Shown piece after piece: positions 63,430 through 64,000 of a stretch of 64,000 nt of DNA. A program made the translations under genes and the position numbers. The stretch comes from Felis catus (taxonomy: Eukaryota). Each line of letters begins with the position of its first letter. The stretch's first letter is position 1. Where the stretch lies: assembly GCF_018350175.1 (NCBI RefSeq), contig NC_058368.1, positions 26,352,001 to 26,416,000 of the forward strand, given 5' to 3'. Below the pieces are notes generated by a model. That model was not told the origin of the DNA, ran no database searches, and saw nothing but the letters and a program-made list of their open reading frames with translations.

Positions 63430-63670
63430 TCTACCTCAAGTGGGTTCCCTTACTACTTAAATTGCCATGTATGTTTTCTTCACAGCATTTATCCCAGTTT
63501 GTATCTCATGTTTATTCTCATGATAACGTGTCTACTGTCTGTCTCTCCACCGGACCCTACCCCACCAGGGCAGGCACTGTGTCTCTTTCACGTGTCAATG
63601 TATATAGCAATGCCTAGCACAGGACTTAAACATAGTAGGTGCTCAATAAGTGTTCACTGAAGAATGAATA
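63430..63670 (+). mobile_element. L2 3' end
   Basis: 'gggcaggcactgtgtct...tgcctagcacag...catagtaggtgctcaataagtgtt...gaatgaata'. Confidence 0.75.
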
Positions 63671-64000
63671 AGCACACCAACGTCATTAAATATGGCTTCT
63701 TAGGTCAAGCAGAGTAAAGACAGGGTCTAGGAAGGATATTACCTTTTTTTGTAAATACTTCCTAATTGGTGATAGGGTTATCCCTGACTCTCTCCACACC
63801 AGAGCAGAGATTAAAGTGTTAGTGGCAGGCAGACTCCAAGGATTAAAACCCTTCGCTTCTCTGTCCTCGACGAGCTTGCTTCCACCACCACGCCTGCACA
63901 AACAAATCGCACTGCAAGGGAATGGGTGCCCGCTCTTGACCAGACAAGGACAAAATCAGTCTTACGTAACTGCGTAAGATAACTTGAACCAGTGTTGTCA

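Overview
Mammalian genomic DNA, almost certainly felid, judged from abundant Felidae-type Can-SINEs. Two convergent protein-coding genes are visible. On the + strand is the complete short isoform of TSC22D1 (TSC-22; three coding exons 7258-7382, 7786-7837, 9011-9268; 144 aa) with a GC/CCAAT promoter at ~6.9 kb and a poly(A) signal at 10366. On the - strand are the last two coding exons of SERP2 (62059-61987 and 46740-46700; poly(A) signal 46323-46318), which the ORF track misses; its exon 1 should lie beyond the right edge. The rest is intronic or intergenic and repeat-rich: Can-SINEs with target-site duplications (TSDs), L1, L2, CR1/L3, MIR, MaLR LTRs, hAT MITEs and microsatellites. Repeat family names come from recall of consensus sequences, not from a search. 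I found no convincing new biological system. The best oddities are a tiny orphan poly(A) retro-insertion with a TSD (25743-25830), a probable LTR-internal-LTR MaLR fossil (15.3-17.75 kb), nested and very young SINEs, a candidate UG-repeat cryptic exon in SERP2 and a perfect palindrome at 56366.
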